Assembly: GCA_013374835.1 (NCBI GenBank)
Contig: CP055307.1
Coordinates: 146,622 to 210,621, forward strand
DNA from: Candidatus Woesebacteria bacterium
Lineage (GTDB): Bacteria > Patescibacteriota > Microgenomatia > UBA8517
Direction: 5' to 3'
DNA: 64,000 nt
The notes under the pieces were generated by a model. It ran no database searches. It was not told where the DNA came from and worked only from the letters and a program-made list of their open reading frames with translations. Both the position numbers and the translations under genes were made by a program. Shown in pieces: positions 8,895 through 18,639 of the stretch (the first letter of the stretch is position 1; each line of letters starts with the position of its first letter).

Positions 8895-9921
8895 TCTTAA
8901 TTTTGAGGCTAAAAAAGTTATTCTAAGACTCGATCTGGATATTAAGTTAAACAGCCGGGAATTGGAAAAAATACCGCGCCTTCAAAATTCTCTTCCTACA
9001 ATTTCTGCAATATTTTCAAAAGCAGAAAAAATTCTTCTAATAGGTCACGCTGGAAGGCCTGAGGGCAAGTTTGTCTCGGAATTAAGTTTAAAACCATTAA
9101 TTTCTTTTTTTAAAATGAACATGGGTGGCGCTAAATTTATAGAATTCACACCTGAGTCGCAAAATCTCGAGTCTGCAAAAAATGAGTTTTTAAGTTCAAA
9201 AAATAAGCTTTATTTATTGGAAAACCTTAGATTTTGGATAGATGAGGAAAAAAATAGTCTGGAATTTGCTAAACAGCTTGCTGATTTTGGCAACGTCTAT
9301 GTAAATGATTCTTTCGCCTCAAGTCACAGGAGCCATGCTTCGACCAGTACACTTCCGAAGTTAATTAAAAATAAAGGCGGCCTGTGCGCCATCGGAATTA
9401 GATTTGAAGAAGAACTTGTCAATCTTGATAAAGTAATCACAAATCCCAAAAGGCCCGTAATTTCAATAATAAGTGGAGTAAAAAAAGATAAACTCAAATA
9501 CCTCGAAGGAATCAAAAAAATCTCCGACAAAGTGCTTATTGCGGGCAGGTTGCCGGAATATTTTGAGCAACAGCCAGATGACAAGTTAATTGTTGGAAAA
9601 CTCATCCCCGATAAAGAAGATCTTACAGTTCATTCTGTAGAACTTTTCGAAAATGAAATTAGCAACGCAGGAACAATTATTGTATCGGGTCCTATGGGTA
9701 AGTTCGAAGACAATGGTCACAGATTGGCAACAGAAAGAATTCTTAATTCTATAGCCAAAAACATAACGGCATTCAAGTTAGCGGGCGGGGGAGATACTCA
9801 ATGTGCTCTGGATATGTTTGGTTTAAGCGACAAATTTAATTGGATCAGTAGTGGTGGAGGTGCTATGCTTACATATCTTTCAACAGGTACTTTACCGGCC
9901 ATTGAAGCGTTGATAAACTAA
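8872..9921 (+). CDS. pgk: Phosphoglycerate kinase (shortened, divergent)
   Basis: HAGRP, LLENLRF, YVNDSF..SHR.HAS, GPMG.FE, GGGDT, ISSGGGA. Confidence 0.9.
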   Translation: MNLPTLNSLNFEAKKVILRLDLDIKLNSRELEKIPRLQNSLPTISAIFSKAEKILLIGHAGRPEGKFVSELSLKPLISFFKMNMGGAKFIEFTPESQNLESAKNEFLSSKNKLYLLENLRFWIDEEKNSLEFAKQLADFGNVYVNDSFASSHRSHASTSTLPKLIKNKGGLCAIGIRFEEELVNLDKVITNPKRPVISIISGVKKDKLKYLEGIKKISDKVLIAGRLPEYFEQQPDDKLIVGKLIPDKEDLTVHSVELFENEISNAGTIIVSGPMGKFEDNGHRLATERILNSIAKNITAFKLAGGGDTQCALDMFGLSDKFNWISSGGGAMLTYLSTGTLPAIEALIN

Positions 9922-9925
9922 GACA

Positions 9926-11038
9926 ATGGTTAAAGTAGGAATAAATGGTTTTGGAAGAATTGGAAGAATTTCTTTAAGAATTGCCCTTACAAAGGAGAAA
10001 GAAAACGTTTCGGTTTGTGCAATAAATACTTCAGGATCAATGGAGGTTGAGGGTTGGGCACATTTATTAAGCTACGACACAATGTATCGTCAATTTGAAA
10101 AAGAAGTTGTTGCTGAAAAGACAAAAAACGTCAAAGAAGCAACAGACGAAGATCCTCTAATCGGCTATATTAAAATTAAAGATGAAGACATTAAAATACC
10201 CATCCTTGCACAAAGAGATCCTTCAAAAATTCCCTGGAAAAACTACGGGGTAGATGTGGTTATCGAATCAACCGGTATTTTTCGTACCGAAGAAGACGCC
10301 AAAAAACACGCTCTCGGAGGAGCCAAAAGGGTGGTAATTTCAGCACCAAGTAAAGGCGGTAATGTCGGAACCTATGTGTTAGGCGTAAACGAATATAAAG
10401 GCAACGCAGTTGTTTTAAATAACGCAAGCTGCACAACAAACTGTGTCGCCCCAGTAGCGGCTGTAATGCATGCTAAATTTGGTATAGAAAAAGCAGTAAT
10501 GACAACAATCCACAGCTACACTGACGATCAAAATCTTCAAGATAATTCAAATAAAGATCTCCGCCGCGCACGCGCAGCCGCAGAAAACATAATCCCAACA
10601 TCAACAGGGGCGGCAATCGCAACAACCGAAACAATACCAGAGCTTAAAGGGCTTTTCGATGGCGCCGCGCTTCGAGTTCCTACGGCAACAGGTTCAATTA
10701 CCGATTTTACCCTTCTTCTTAAAAAAAATACAACCAAAGAAGAAGTAAATAAAACTTTTATAGATGCATCTCAAAACCCCCTTTATAAAAACATTTTGGG
10801 AGTAACAGAGAAACCGCTTGTTTCCTCAGACATTATAGGAAGAAGCGAGTCAGCTATCGTAGATTTATCTCTAACACAAGTAGTAGCGGGCAATCTGGTT
10901 AAAATTTTTGCTTGGTATGATAACGAGTGGGGCTACGCAACAAGGCTAATAGAACAAGTAATTCGTGTCGGAAATACGCTCGAATCCCAAGTCGCACCCA
11001 CAGATCCGATCACTCTTTCTTTCCAGAAAAATAGCTAA
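9926..11038 (+). CDS. gap: Type I glyceraldehyde-3-phosphate dehydrogenase
   Basis: GINGFGRIGR, NASCTTNC, WYDNEWGY. Confidence 0.97.
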   Translation: MVKVGINGFGRIGRISLRIALTKEKENVSVCAINTSGSMEVEGWAHLLSYDTMYRQFEKEVVAEKTKNVKEATDEDPLIGYIKIKDEDIKIPILAQRDPSKIPWKNYGVDVVIESTGIFRTEEDAKKHALGGAKRVVISAPSKGGNVGTYVLGVNEYKGNAVVLNNASCTTNCVAPVAAVMHAKFGIEKAVMTTIHSYTDDQNLQDNSNKDLRRARAAAENIIPTSTGAAIATTETIPELKGLFDGAALRVPTATGSITDFTLLLKKNTTKEEVNKTFIDASQNPLYKNILGVTEKPLVSSDIIGRSESAIVDLSLTQVVAGNLVKIFAWYDNEWGYATRLIEQVIRVGNTLESQVAPTDPITLSFQKNS

Positions 11039-11048
11039 TTCAGTGTCA

Positions 11049-11690
11049 ATGGAAATCATCCCAGCAGTTTTGACCTCAGACCCAAGCGAACTTAAGCACT
11101 TAATAAAGTTAGCGGAAGGCAATGTTAAAAAAGTGCAAATAGACATAATCGACGGGGTTTTTGAAAAAAACAAAACCGTTAATCCCGAAAGCCTCAAATA
11201 TTTAGAAACAAGCATTTTGTTTGATATCCAGTTGATGGTAAAAGAACCGATTTCTTGGATAGAAAGATGTGTCCTGGCAAATACGGACAGAATAATTGGC
11301 CACATTGAATTAATGTCAGACCAGCTTGAATTTGCAGAAAAAGTCCAGAGCCTAGGCCTAAAAATAGGTTTGGGTTTGGACCTAGATACCCCGATAGAAA
11401 AAATATATCCTCGTTTAATTAATGATATAGACGTAATTTTGCTTATGTCAACAAAAGCGGGTTTTGGTGGACAGAAGTTTCAAAAAAAAGTGTTTGAAAA
11501 AATTAAAAAACTAAACAAAATTCGAGAAAACGACCAATCACCATTCAAAATTTGCGTCGATGGGGGAATAACAAAAGACCAAGTCCCCAGGCTTCAAGAG
11601 CTAAAAGTAGACGAAATTGCAGTAGGAAGGCGTCTACTCAACGAAAATATTACCGATGAACTTAAAAACTTCCAAAAGCTTATTTCTTAA
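11049..11690 (+). CDS. rpe: Ribulose-phosphate 3-epimerase
   Basis: IIPAVL, QIDIIDGVF, DIQLMV, LMS..AGFGGQKF, VDGGI; start reassigned to MEIIP. Confidence 0.88.
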   Translation: MEIIPAVLTSDPSELKHLIKLAEGNVKKVQIDIIDGVFEKNKTVNPESLKYLETSILFDIQLMVKEPISWIERCVLANTDRIIGHIELMSDQLEFAEKVQSLGLKIGLGLDLDTPIEKIYPRLINDIDVILLMSTKAGFGGQKFQKKVFEKIKKLNKIRENDQSPFKICVDGGITKDQVPRLQELKVDEIAVGRRLLNENITDELKNFQKLIS

Positions 11691-11711
11691 TGCTAAGTGT
11701 ATAATTTATTT

Positions 11712-12377
11712 ATGATCGAAGACCCAAAAAAAATTCCCGGCAAAAAATCCGTAAAGCTTACAAGGGGAATAATTAAAAATATCGCATTTTTTGGAGACGC
11801 AAATGTATCTAAAACGGATTCGGTATATAAAGACGCTTTTGATATAGCAAAAATTCTTGCTTCCAAAGGTTTCACGATCGTAAATGGCGGCGGCCCTGGG
11901 GTAATGGACGCATCAACGCAAGGAGCCAAGGCAGCGGGCGGAGAAACAATTTCTGTTACTTTCTATCCAAAAGATGCGCCGGGTTTTGAAGGAAAATACT
12001 TAGGCAACATAACAGATAAAGAGGTAGTTACAAGCAATTACATTGAAAGAATGTTTAAACTCATAGAACACGCCGACATGTTTATAGTTTTTAAAGGCGG
12101 AAGCGGTACTGTTAGTGAATTTGGAACGGCTTGGGTATTGGCAAATATTTATTATGGGCACCATAAGCCATTTATTCTATACGGAGAATTTTGGATTGAG
12201 ATAATAGATGTACTGAGAAAAAATCTAAATATAGATAAACAAGAAATGTCTGTTTTTGAAATAGCGGTTAAAAAAGAAGACGTTTGTGCTATTATCGAAA
12301 AATTTGAAAACAAGCTTCAAAAAATGCACTCAAAAAAATACACAGAGGGAAAACGCTACATCAACAATGGCAAATAA
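11712..12377 (+). CDS. LOG/SLOG family protein (putative nucleotide phosphoribohydrolase)
   Basis: NGGGPGVMDA, ER and KGGSGTVSE (variant of PGGxGTxxE). Confidence 0.85.
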   Translation: MIEDPKKIPGKKSVKLTRGIIKNIAFFGDANVSKTDSVYKDAFDIAKILASKGFTIVNGGGPGVMDASTQGAKAAGGETISVTFYPKDAPGFEGKYLGNITDKEVVTSNYIERMFKLIEHADMFIVFKGGSGTVSEFGTAWVLANIYYGHHKPFILYGEFWIEIIDVLRKNLNIDKQEMSVFEIAVKKEDVCAIIEKFENKLQKMHSKKYTEGKRYINNGK

Positions 12378-13197
12378 TAAAAAGCCCGACTTAGAAAAAA
12401 TATCTCGGAAAATTAGGATTGATATAATTAAAATGATCTCCAAAGCAGGCTCGGGTCATCCGGCTGGATCTCTAGGTATGGTGGAGGTTTTTGTCACACT
12501 ATACTTTGATATTCTTAATCACGATCCTAAAAATCCCGATTGGCCAATGCGCGATAGGCTAATTTTATCAAACGGGCATATATGTCCGGTTCTTTACGCT
12601 TGCTTGGCGCATAGCGGGTATTTCTCTCCCAAACAGCTCTCTTCACTTAGAAAATTCGGATCGCCTCTGCAGGGTCATCCCGAAAGAACCAAGCTTTCAG
12701 GAGTAGAAATAACATCGGGTCCTCTGGGTAGTGGTCTTGCCCAAGCAGCAGGCATAGCCTTGGCTGCTAAGATGGACGGAATGCGTTTTCGTGTTTTTGC
12801 CATCACAAGCGACGGTGAACACAACGAAGGCAGTCATTGGGAAGCAATAATGTTTGCATCTAAATATCGCCTTACAAATCTTACCCAAATTATCGACAGA
12901 AATAAAATCCAGCTTAGCGGCAACACAGAAGATATTATGCCAATAGAGCCTTTTGTCGAAAAATACAAAAGTTTCAATTGGCACGTAATTGAGATTAATG
13001 GCCATGATTTTGATGAGATTAAAGATGCAATTTCACAAGCACGGAATGAATATCAAGCTCCGACAGCAATCATTGCGAACACCATCCCTGGGAAAGGCGT
13101 AAGTTTTATGGAAAATCGTTACGAATGGCACGGAAAAGCGCCTAATAAAATCGAAACTAAAAAAGCGCTAAAAGAATTGGTCTCGCATGATAAATAA
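12367..13197 (+). CDS. Transketolase, N-terminal (TPP-binding) subunit
   Basis: SGHPAGSLG, RDRLILSNGH, LQGHP, SDGE..EG..WEA, WHGKAP. Confidence 0.95.
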   Translation: MANNKKPDLEKISRKIRIDIIKMISKAGSGHPAGSLGMVEVFVTLYFDILNHDPKNPDWPMRDRLILSNGHICPVLYACLAHSGYFSPKQLSSLRKFGSPLQGHPERTKLSGVEITSGPLGSGLAQAAGIALAAKMDGMRFRVFAITSDGEHNEGSHWEAIMFASKYRLTNLTQIIDRNKIQLSGNTEDIMPIEPFVEKYKSFNWHVIEINGHDFDEIKDAISQARNEYQAPTAIIANTIPGKGVSFMENRYEWHGKAPNKIETKKALKELVSHDK

Positions 13198-14161
13198 AAC
13201 AATTAAATTATCAAAAAAATTAAATTCCTGCCGTGATGCTTTTGGCAAAGCTTTAATTGAAGCAGGGGAGAAAGATCAAAACGTCGTTGTCCTTACAGCA
13301 GATTTGGAAGAATCCACCCGTGTCCACTATTTTAAAAATCGTTTTCCTGAACGCTTTTTTGATGTTGGTGTTTCTGAACAGGCACTTGCAGCCATAGCAT
13401 CAGGATTGGCAAATTACGGAAAAACTCCGGTTATAACTAGTTTTGCAACCTTTTCCCCGGGAAGAAATTGGGAGCAGATAAGAACAACAATTTGTATTAA
13501 TAAAGTGCCTGTAAAAATAGTCTCAACACACGCAGGTATAAATGTAGGCGAAGACGGAGCAACCCACCAAGCGCTTGAAGATATAGCTCTTATGAGGGTA
13601 CTTCCCAATATGGTTGTTATATCCCCGTCAGATGCAGAGGAAACCCGAAAAGCAATCTGTGCGGCACTAAAGACCAAAACGCCAGTTTATATCCGTCTCC
13701 CAAGATACGAAACCAAAATGTATACCACCCCAAGGACTCCATTTGAAATAGGTAAGGCGGTTTGCTTGTGGCAAGGCAAGGATCCCAAAGTAGCAATCAT
13801 GGCAGCGGGTCCCAGTGCAGTCAAGGCTCTTAAAGCTGCTCAAACTCTTTCAAAAAACGGCATCGAAAGTCTAGTTTTAAATAATCACACAATTAAGCCG
13901 ATCGATCAAGAAGCAATAGTAAATGCGGCAAAACTTACAGGCTGCGTTGTCACAATCGAAGACCATCAAATTAAAGGAGGCTTTGGCTCGGCAGTTGCTG
14001 AAACACTGTCAGAATTATTCCCTGTACCAATAGAATTTATCGGAATCAACGACAGTTTTGGTGAATCCGGAAAACCAAAAGAGCTTCTCACAAAATTCGG
14101 CCTTACGGCTGAAAACATAGTTGAAAAAGCTCTAAAAGCAATAAAAAGAAAAATGATTTAA
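13187..14161 (+). CDS. Transketolase, C-terminal subunit
   Basis: ADL..ST, VGVSEQ, GEDGATHQALED, EDH...GGFGSAVAE. Confidence 0.95.
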   Translation: MINKTIKLSKKLNSCRDAFGKALIEAGEKDQNVVVLTADLEESTRVHYFKNRFPERFFDVGVSEQALAAIASGLANYGKTPVITSFATFSPGRNWEQIRTTICINKVPVKIVSTHAGINVGEDGATHQALEDIALMRVLPNMVVISPSDAEETRKAICAALKTKTPVYIRLPRYETKMYTTPRTPFEIGKAVCLWQGKDPKVAIMAAGPSAVKALKAAQTLSKNGIESLVLNNHTIKPIDQEAIVNAAKLTGCVVTIEDHQIKGGFGSAVAETLSELFPVPIEFIGINDSFGESGKPKELLTKFGLTAENIVEKALKAIKRKMI

Positions 14162-14162
14162 C

Positions 14163-15053
14163 CTACATCTGCCCCTCAAGATTTTGTTCTACCGGCATTT
14201 GTTCCCCCCGAACCTCATCCGGCTCAGAAGTATAGGCTTCTTTACATTCAATAAAATCAGGCGTTTCTGTAAAACCGCACTCGCCATTAGCCTGTCTTTC
14301 GCAGACCGTCGAATTATAGCAAACATAATAATTTTTATATTCGCAACTGGAAGAAAGTTGAGCGCCCTTTTCTATACAAAGTTCACCATTGCACCCTGAA
14401 ACAACACAGTCGCTGTTATTAGCTAAAGTGTTTTTCCCGGAGTCAACAAATCTAATTGTTGAAATTATATCTTCAATTTGAGCCAAATTTTGGCTCTCTG
14501 TATTGGTATAGTAGAAAATCTCGGCGTAAATTTCTTGATCTCCCGGCTTTTTAATTAAATATTTTATAAAAGAAATGTCGTATTCGCTTCCCTCAAGTTT
14601 TATTCCGTTATACCCTGCAATCTCGACTGAAGAAACACTCATGCTTTCGTCCAAATAAACAGGCCTGGTGCTTTGAAGAAATATTGAAATTCTTGCCTCA
14701 TCATTCCCACTGCTTGATAAGCTTTTAACTAAATCAAATGAATAAGATCCATTATCTCCATTTCCGTCGGGAACGACCTCAACCCACTCGCTCGGATGCT
14801 CGATTATAAATCCAAAATAATCATTGCTATATTTAATCCATCCTGAAGTGTCAACATCTTTTTCACCCGTAGACCTTAAAGAAGTATCTGAATAAAGCCC
14901 CGTTAGATAGTTGTAAATCAAATAACCGGTAGCTCCCAAAAAAAGAGCGGTCACAAAACCGAAAAGAATAATTGCAGCATAAACAACCAAGCTTCGTTTC
15001 TTACTCTCTTTCTCCCTCTGTTTTGATACAAACACCCCATTTTCTTTGGTCAT
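14163..15053 (-). CDS. Membrane-anchored protein with PsbP-like region and C-terminal eight-cysteine cluster
   Basis: N-terminal TM helix; W..Y.N...GF.I..P..W motif; 8 Cys in the segment DCVVSGCNGELC...FIECK. Confidence 0.65.
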   Translation of the reverse strand: MTKENGVFVSKQREKESKKRSLVVYAAIILFGFVTALFLGATGYLIYNYLTGLYSDTSLRSTGEKDVDTSGWIKYSNDYFGFIIEHPSEWVEVVPDGNGDNGSYSFDLVKSLSSSGNDEARISIFLQSTRPVYLDESMSVSSVEIAGYNGIKLEGSEYDISFIKYLIKKPGDQEIYAEIFYYTNTESQNLAQIEDIISTIRFVDSGKNTLANNSDCVVSGCNGELCIEKGAQLSSSCEYKNYYVCYNSTVCERQANGECGFTETPDFIECKEAYTSEPDEVRGEQMPVEQNLEGQM

Positions 15054-15132
15054 AAATTAATTATTACATTTTTTTTGAAAACCCACAACCTTGACTGTTT
15101 TTAAACTTGTAAGTAAGATAAAAATTAACGAA

Positions 15133-15603
15133 ATGAAGTATCTACTGCCCGTTTTTTTAATAATTACTCTCTTTTTTCCCGCCTTATCCAAAGCCAGTGG
15201 TTTTTATTTGGAAGCAATAGGCGACCTAGCTGTTGAAGGAGGTGGCCATGCTCATTACTGGTATACAGGATCAAATGTCACCTTAAGAGGTATTGCCCCG
15301 GCTAATTCAAGTGTAACTGTTGAAATAGACGGTACTGCCGAGTCCGTAACCGCTTCTTCCTCCGGCAGCTGGTCTTATACAACAAGCCTTGCCGAAGGTG
15401 ATCATGGCGTTGTGCTTTCTGCGCCCTCGGTAGAACCCTATTCGTTTACTCTTACAATAGGCGATATGCCTGAAGAAGTTGGTGCAATATCCAAGCCGGA
15501 TAGTCCACCTGCTGGCAACATAACACCAACACTTTTGGGCTTGATTATTGGTACAGGACTTATTTTTACCCCTCTTTTGGTTGGCAAAGTCTTTATAAAA
15601 TAA
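15133..15603 (+). CDS. Secreted Ig-like protein with C-terminal membrane anchor
   Basis: Signal peptide; V.V.IDG...A...G.WSY....L..G.H Ig-like pattern; PPAG followed by TM helix and Lys tail. Confidence 0.6.
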   Translation: MKYLLPVFLIITLFFPALSKASGFYLEAIGDLAVEGGGHAHYWYTGSNVTLRGIAPANSSVTVEIDGTAESVTASSSGSWSYTTSLAEGDHGVVLSAPSVEPYSFTLTIGDMPEEVGAISKPDSPPAGNITPTLLGLIIGTGLIFTPLLVGKVFIK

Positions 15604-15606
15604 TCT

Positions 15607-16620
15607 ATGTCTCAAAAAACGCTTTCGGAAATAGCCGACAAACTGGTTCTTCCTCCAAAGGGTATTTTGGCGGCAGACGAATCGGAAGGCACAATTAAAA
15701 AACGCTTCGACGATATCGGTATAGAATCAAATATTGAAAATAGGTGTAACTACAGAGAAATGCTTTTTACCACCCCTGAAATTGAAAAATACATAAGCGG
15801 GGTTATACTTTTTGACGAAACAGTCTGGCAAAAGATAAACAAAGTAGTTTTAATCCCAAGCTATCTATCTCAACGAGGAATACTGCCGGGAATAAAAGTA
15901 GACGAAGGCAAAGAGCCTTTTTCAGATTCTCCCAATGAGTTTGTCACAAAAGGATTGGATGGTTTGTCCGACAGACTGCCAAAATATGTAAAGGCCGGGT
16001 GTGTTTTTACAAAATGGCGTGCCGTCGCCACAATAGGAGACAGTATTCCGACCGACGAAGCTATCCAAATAAACGCTGAAAAGTTAGCCGAATTCGCATT
16101 AATATCTCAATCGCACAAATTAGTGCCCATTGTCGAGCCCGAAGTTCTTATGGATGGAAATCATTCAATAGAAAAATGCGAAGAAGTAAGCATAAAATTT
16201 TTATCTAGTGTTTTTTCAAATCTCAAAAAAAAGAAAGTTAATCTTAAAGGAATTCTTTTGAAAACAAATATGATTGTCCAAGGAAAAGATCTGGGGGATG
16301 CGGACGCAAACTTGGTGGCAATTAAAACGCTAAGCGTACTTAAAAAATGCGTACCGGAAGAAATTCCCGGAATTGTTTTTCTTTCAGGCGGATTAAGCCC
16401 AGAAACTGCAACTCTTTATCTTAACGAGATTAACAAAAACAAAAATCTGCCCTGGCGGCTTAGCTTTTCTTTCGGCCGGGCTCTTCAAAAACCGGCACTT
16501 TTTGCCTGGTCGGGAGATTCCAAGAATGTTATTTTAGCACAAAACAGATTTAAAAAACGGGCTATGTTAAACTCTCTTGCAACACAAGGGTTGTACCGGA
16601 CGGAAATGGAAAAAGAATAA
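15607..16620 (+). CDS. Fructose-bisphosphate aldolase class I
   Basis: KGILAADES, GIKVD, KWR, VPIVEPEV, FLSGG, FSFGRALQ. Confidence 0.96.
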   Translation: MSQKTLSEIADKLVLPPKGILAADESEGTIKKRFDDIGIESNIENRCNYREMLFTTPEIEKYISGVILFDETVWQKINKVVLIPSYLSQRGILPGIKVDEGKEPFSDSPNEFVTKGLDGLSDRLPKYVKAGCVFTKWRAVATIGDSIPTDEAIQINAEKLAEFALISQSHKLVPIVEPEVLMDGNHSIEKCEEVSIKFLSSVFSNLKKKKVNLKGILLKTNMIVQGKDLGDADANLVAIKTLSVLKKCVPEEIPGIVFLSGGLSPETATLYLNEINKNKNLPWRLSFSFGRALQKPALFAWSGDSKNVILAQNRFKKRAMLNSLATQGLYRTEMEKE

Positions 16621-16622
16621 AA

Positions 16623-17612
16623 ATGGAGAACAATCTAAACCTTTTGTCAATAGGAGACGCTTCTTTGGATGTTTTTATTACACCAACGGAAACGGAAACC
16701 TACTGCAAAATCGACGATAAAGAATGTTTTATTTGTTTTAGCTATGGCGATAAAATTCCCGCCAAAGATTTGGAATTTAGTATAGGCGGAAATGCGGCAA
16801 ATAACGCAGTGGGAGCAAGAAGGCTGGGCATTAATTCCTCGGCTGTTATCACGCTCGGAAGCGACAATATAGGAAATCAAATAATCGAAAAACTCAAAAA
16901 AGAAAACGTAGATACGCGCTTTGTATTTCAAAAAGAAGGAATCCAATCAAATTATTCAACAATCATAAATTACCTAGGCGAACGCACAATCTTTACTTTT
17001 AAAGATGATTTTGACTACTCCTTGCCGGAACTACCCCACGTCCCCTGGGTTTATTTAACCTCAATGGGAGATTCCTTCCGTCCGGCATATGCTCAAATTG
17101 CAAGTTTTATTAGGGAAAATCCCGATATCAAGTTGGCATTTAACCCAGGGTCAAGGCAGCTTAGAGCAGTTAAGGATTTGGATGAAATTTTGTCGCTCAG
17201 TCACATTATATATATAAATAGAAAAGAGGCGGAAATAATTACAAATTTCGAAGATTCTCACGGCCGGGAAAAAGATTTGCTTAAATCCGTTGTAGAAAAA
17301 GGCCCCAAAACAGCCATTATTACAGATGGCGGAAATGGTTCTTTTGCTTTTGATGGATCGACTTTCTTTAGAGCACAAGCTATGCCGATAGATGCATATG
17401 AAAGAACTGGAGCAGGGGACAGCTTTGGAGCGGGTTGTCTAGCAGCATTGATTAAAGGAAAACCGCTAAGCGATGCGCTTTTGTGGGGTACGCTTAATTC
17501 TGCATCTGTCATTGGTTTCGTCGGTTCTCAAAAAGGTCTCTTAAGAGAAAACGAAATGCCCAAGTGGATAGAAAGAGCAAAATCGTGTAATCTTAAAGTT
17601 GAGCAATTTTAA
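16623..17612 (+). CDS. PfkB/ribokinase family carbohydrate kinase
   Basis: GGNAANNAVG, N..EA, ERTGAGDSFG. Confidence 0.92.
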   Translation: MENNLNLLSIGDASLDVFITPTETETYCKIDDKECFICFSYGDKIPAKDLEFSIGGNAANNAVGARRLGINSSAVITLGSDNIGNQIIEKLKKENVDTRFVFQKEGIQSNYSTIINYLGERTIFTFKDDFDYSLPELPHVPWVYLTSMGDSFRPAYAQIASFIRENPDIKLAFNPGSRQLRAVKDLDEILSLSHIIYINRKEAEIITNFEDSHGREKDLLKSVVEKGPKTAIITDGGNGSFAFDGSTFFRAQAMPIDAYERTGAGDSFGAGCLAALIKGKPLSDALLWGTLNSASVIGFVGSQKGLLRENEMPKWIERAKSCNLKVEQF

Positions 17613-17624
17613 GCTCTTTAACTT

Positions 17625-18611
17625 ATGAAAATTTTTGTATCTAGAAAAATACCGGGAAATTCGCTTGATCCTCTTTTAAATTCCGAACACGAGGTTTTGG
17701 TATCGGAGTTTGACCGTCCGCTTAGTGCTGAGGAATTTTTAGAAAGAGCAAAAGGATCAGACGCAATAATTACGCTGCTTACAGACAAGATTGATAAAGA
17801 TGTAATCGACGTAATCGGTCCGCAGTTAAAAATAATAAGCAACTACGCAGTCGGGTTTGACAATATAAACATAGACGATGCGACAGAAAAGGGTGTGGTT
17901 GTAACAAACACTCCATCAGACGAAGTAAACGAAGCTGTAGCAGAGCATACATGGGCGCTTATTCTTTCATTGGCACGAAGAATTGTCGAAGCTGATGAAT
18001 CAACAAGAAGAGGCTCCTACAAAGGTTGGGAACCCGGAATTTTTTTGGGATCAAGTCTGGTTGGAAAAACTCTTGGTATAATAGGCCTTGGAAGAATAGG
18101 TCTAATGGTAGCCCGACGAGCAAAAGGCTTTAATATGCGTGTTCTTTATAACAAACGAAGCCGGGATGAAAAAGCCGAAAGCGAATACGCCGTTGAATTT
18201 AAAGATTTGGACTCTCTTTTGGCAGAATCAGACGTTGTAAGCCTTCATGTTCCTTTAACGGATGAAACCCGCCACATGATGAACAAAAGCACGTTTTATA
18301 AAATGAAAAAAGGCGCAATTCTTGTAAATACGGCACGCGGACCAATCGTTAATGAAAGAGAATTAGTAGAAGCAATAAGGCAAGGCCAAATTGGAGCAGC
18401 AGGGCTTGATGTTTTTGACAACGAGCCAAACATCAACCCAGAGCTGATAGCCATGGAAAACGTAATACTAACGCCGCATATTGCATCAGCTACCTGGGAA
18501 GCCAGAAACAAAATGGGGGCTCAAGCGGTACAGGCAGTTTTTGACTTATTTGAAGGCAAAAAGCCCGAAAATTTAGTAAACGAAGCTGTTTGGGAAAAAC
18601 GCCGCACCTAA
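17625..18611 (+). CDS. D-2-hydroxyacid dehydrogenase (glyoxylate/hydroxypyruvate reductase family)
   Basis: AVGFDNI, GIIGLGRIG, NTARG, LDVF..EP, TPHIAS. Confidence 0.93.
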   Translation: MKIFVSRKIPGNSLDPLLNSEHEVLVSEFDRPLSAEEFLERAKGSDAIITLLTDKIDKDVIDVIGPQLKIISNYAVGFDNINIDDATEKGVVVTNTPSDEVNEAVAEHTWALILSLARRIVEADESTRRGSYKGWEPGIFLGSSLVGKTLGIIGLGRIGLMVARRAKGFNMRVLYNKRSRDEKAESEYAVEFKDLDSLLAESDVVSLHVPLTDETRHMMNKSTFYKMKKGAILVNTARGPIVNERELVEAIRQGQIGAAGLDVFDNEPNINPELIAMENVILTPHIASATWEARNKMGAQAVQAVFDLFEGKKPENLVNEAVWEKRRT

Positions 18612-18639
18612 AATTAATTTACTTCTTAGAATAGCTTTT

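Noticed and set aside
10965-11048. Long N-terminal extensions given by the ORF track (rpe, transketolase N, pduO, mutM, nnrD, trxA)
   Set aside because: They overlap upstream genes or promoters; family N-terminal motifs begin at downstream ATGs
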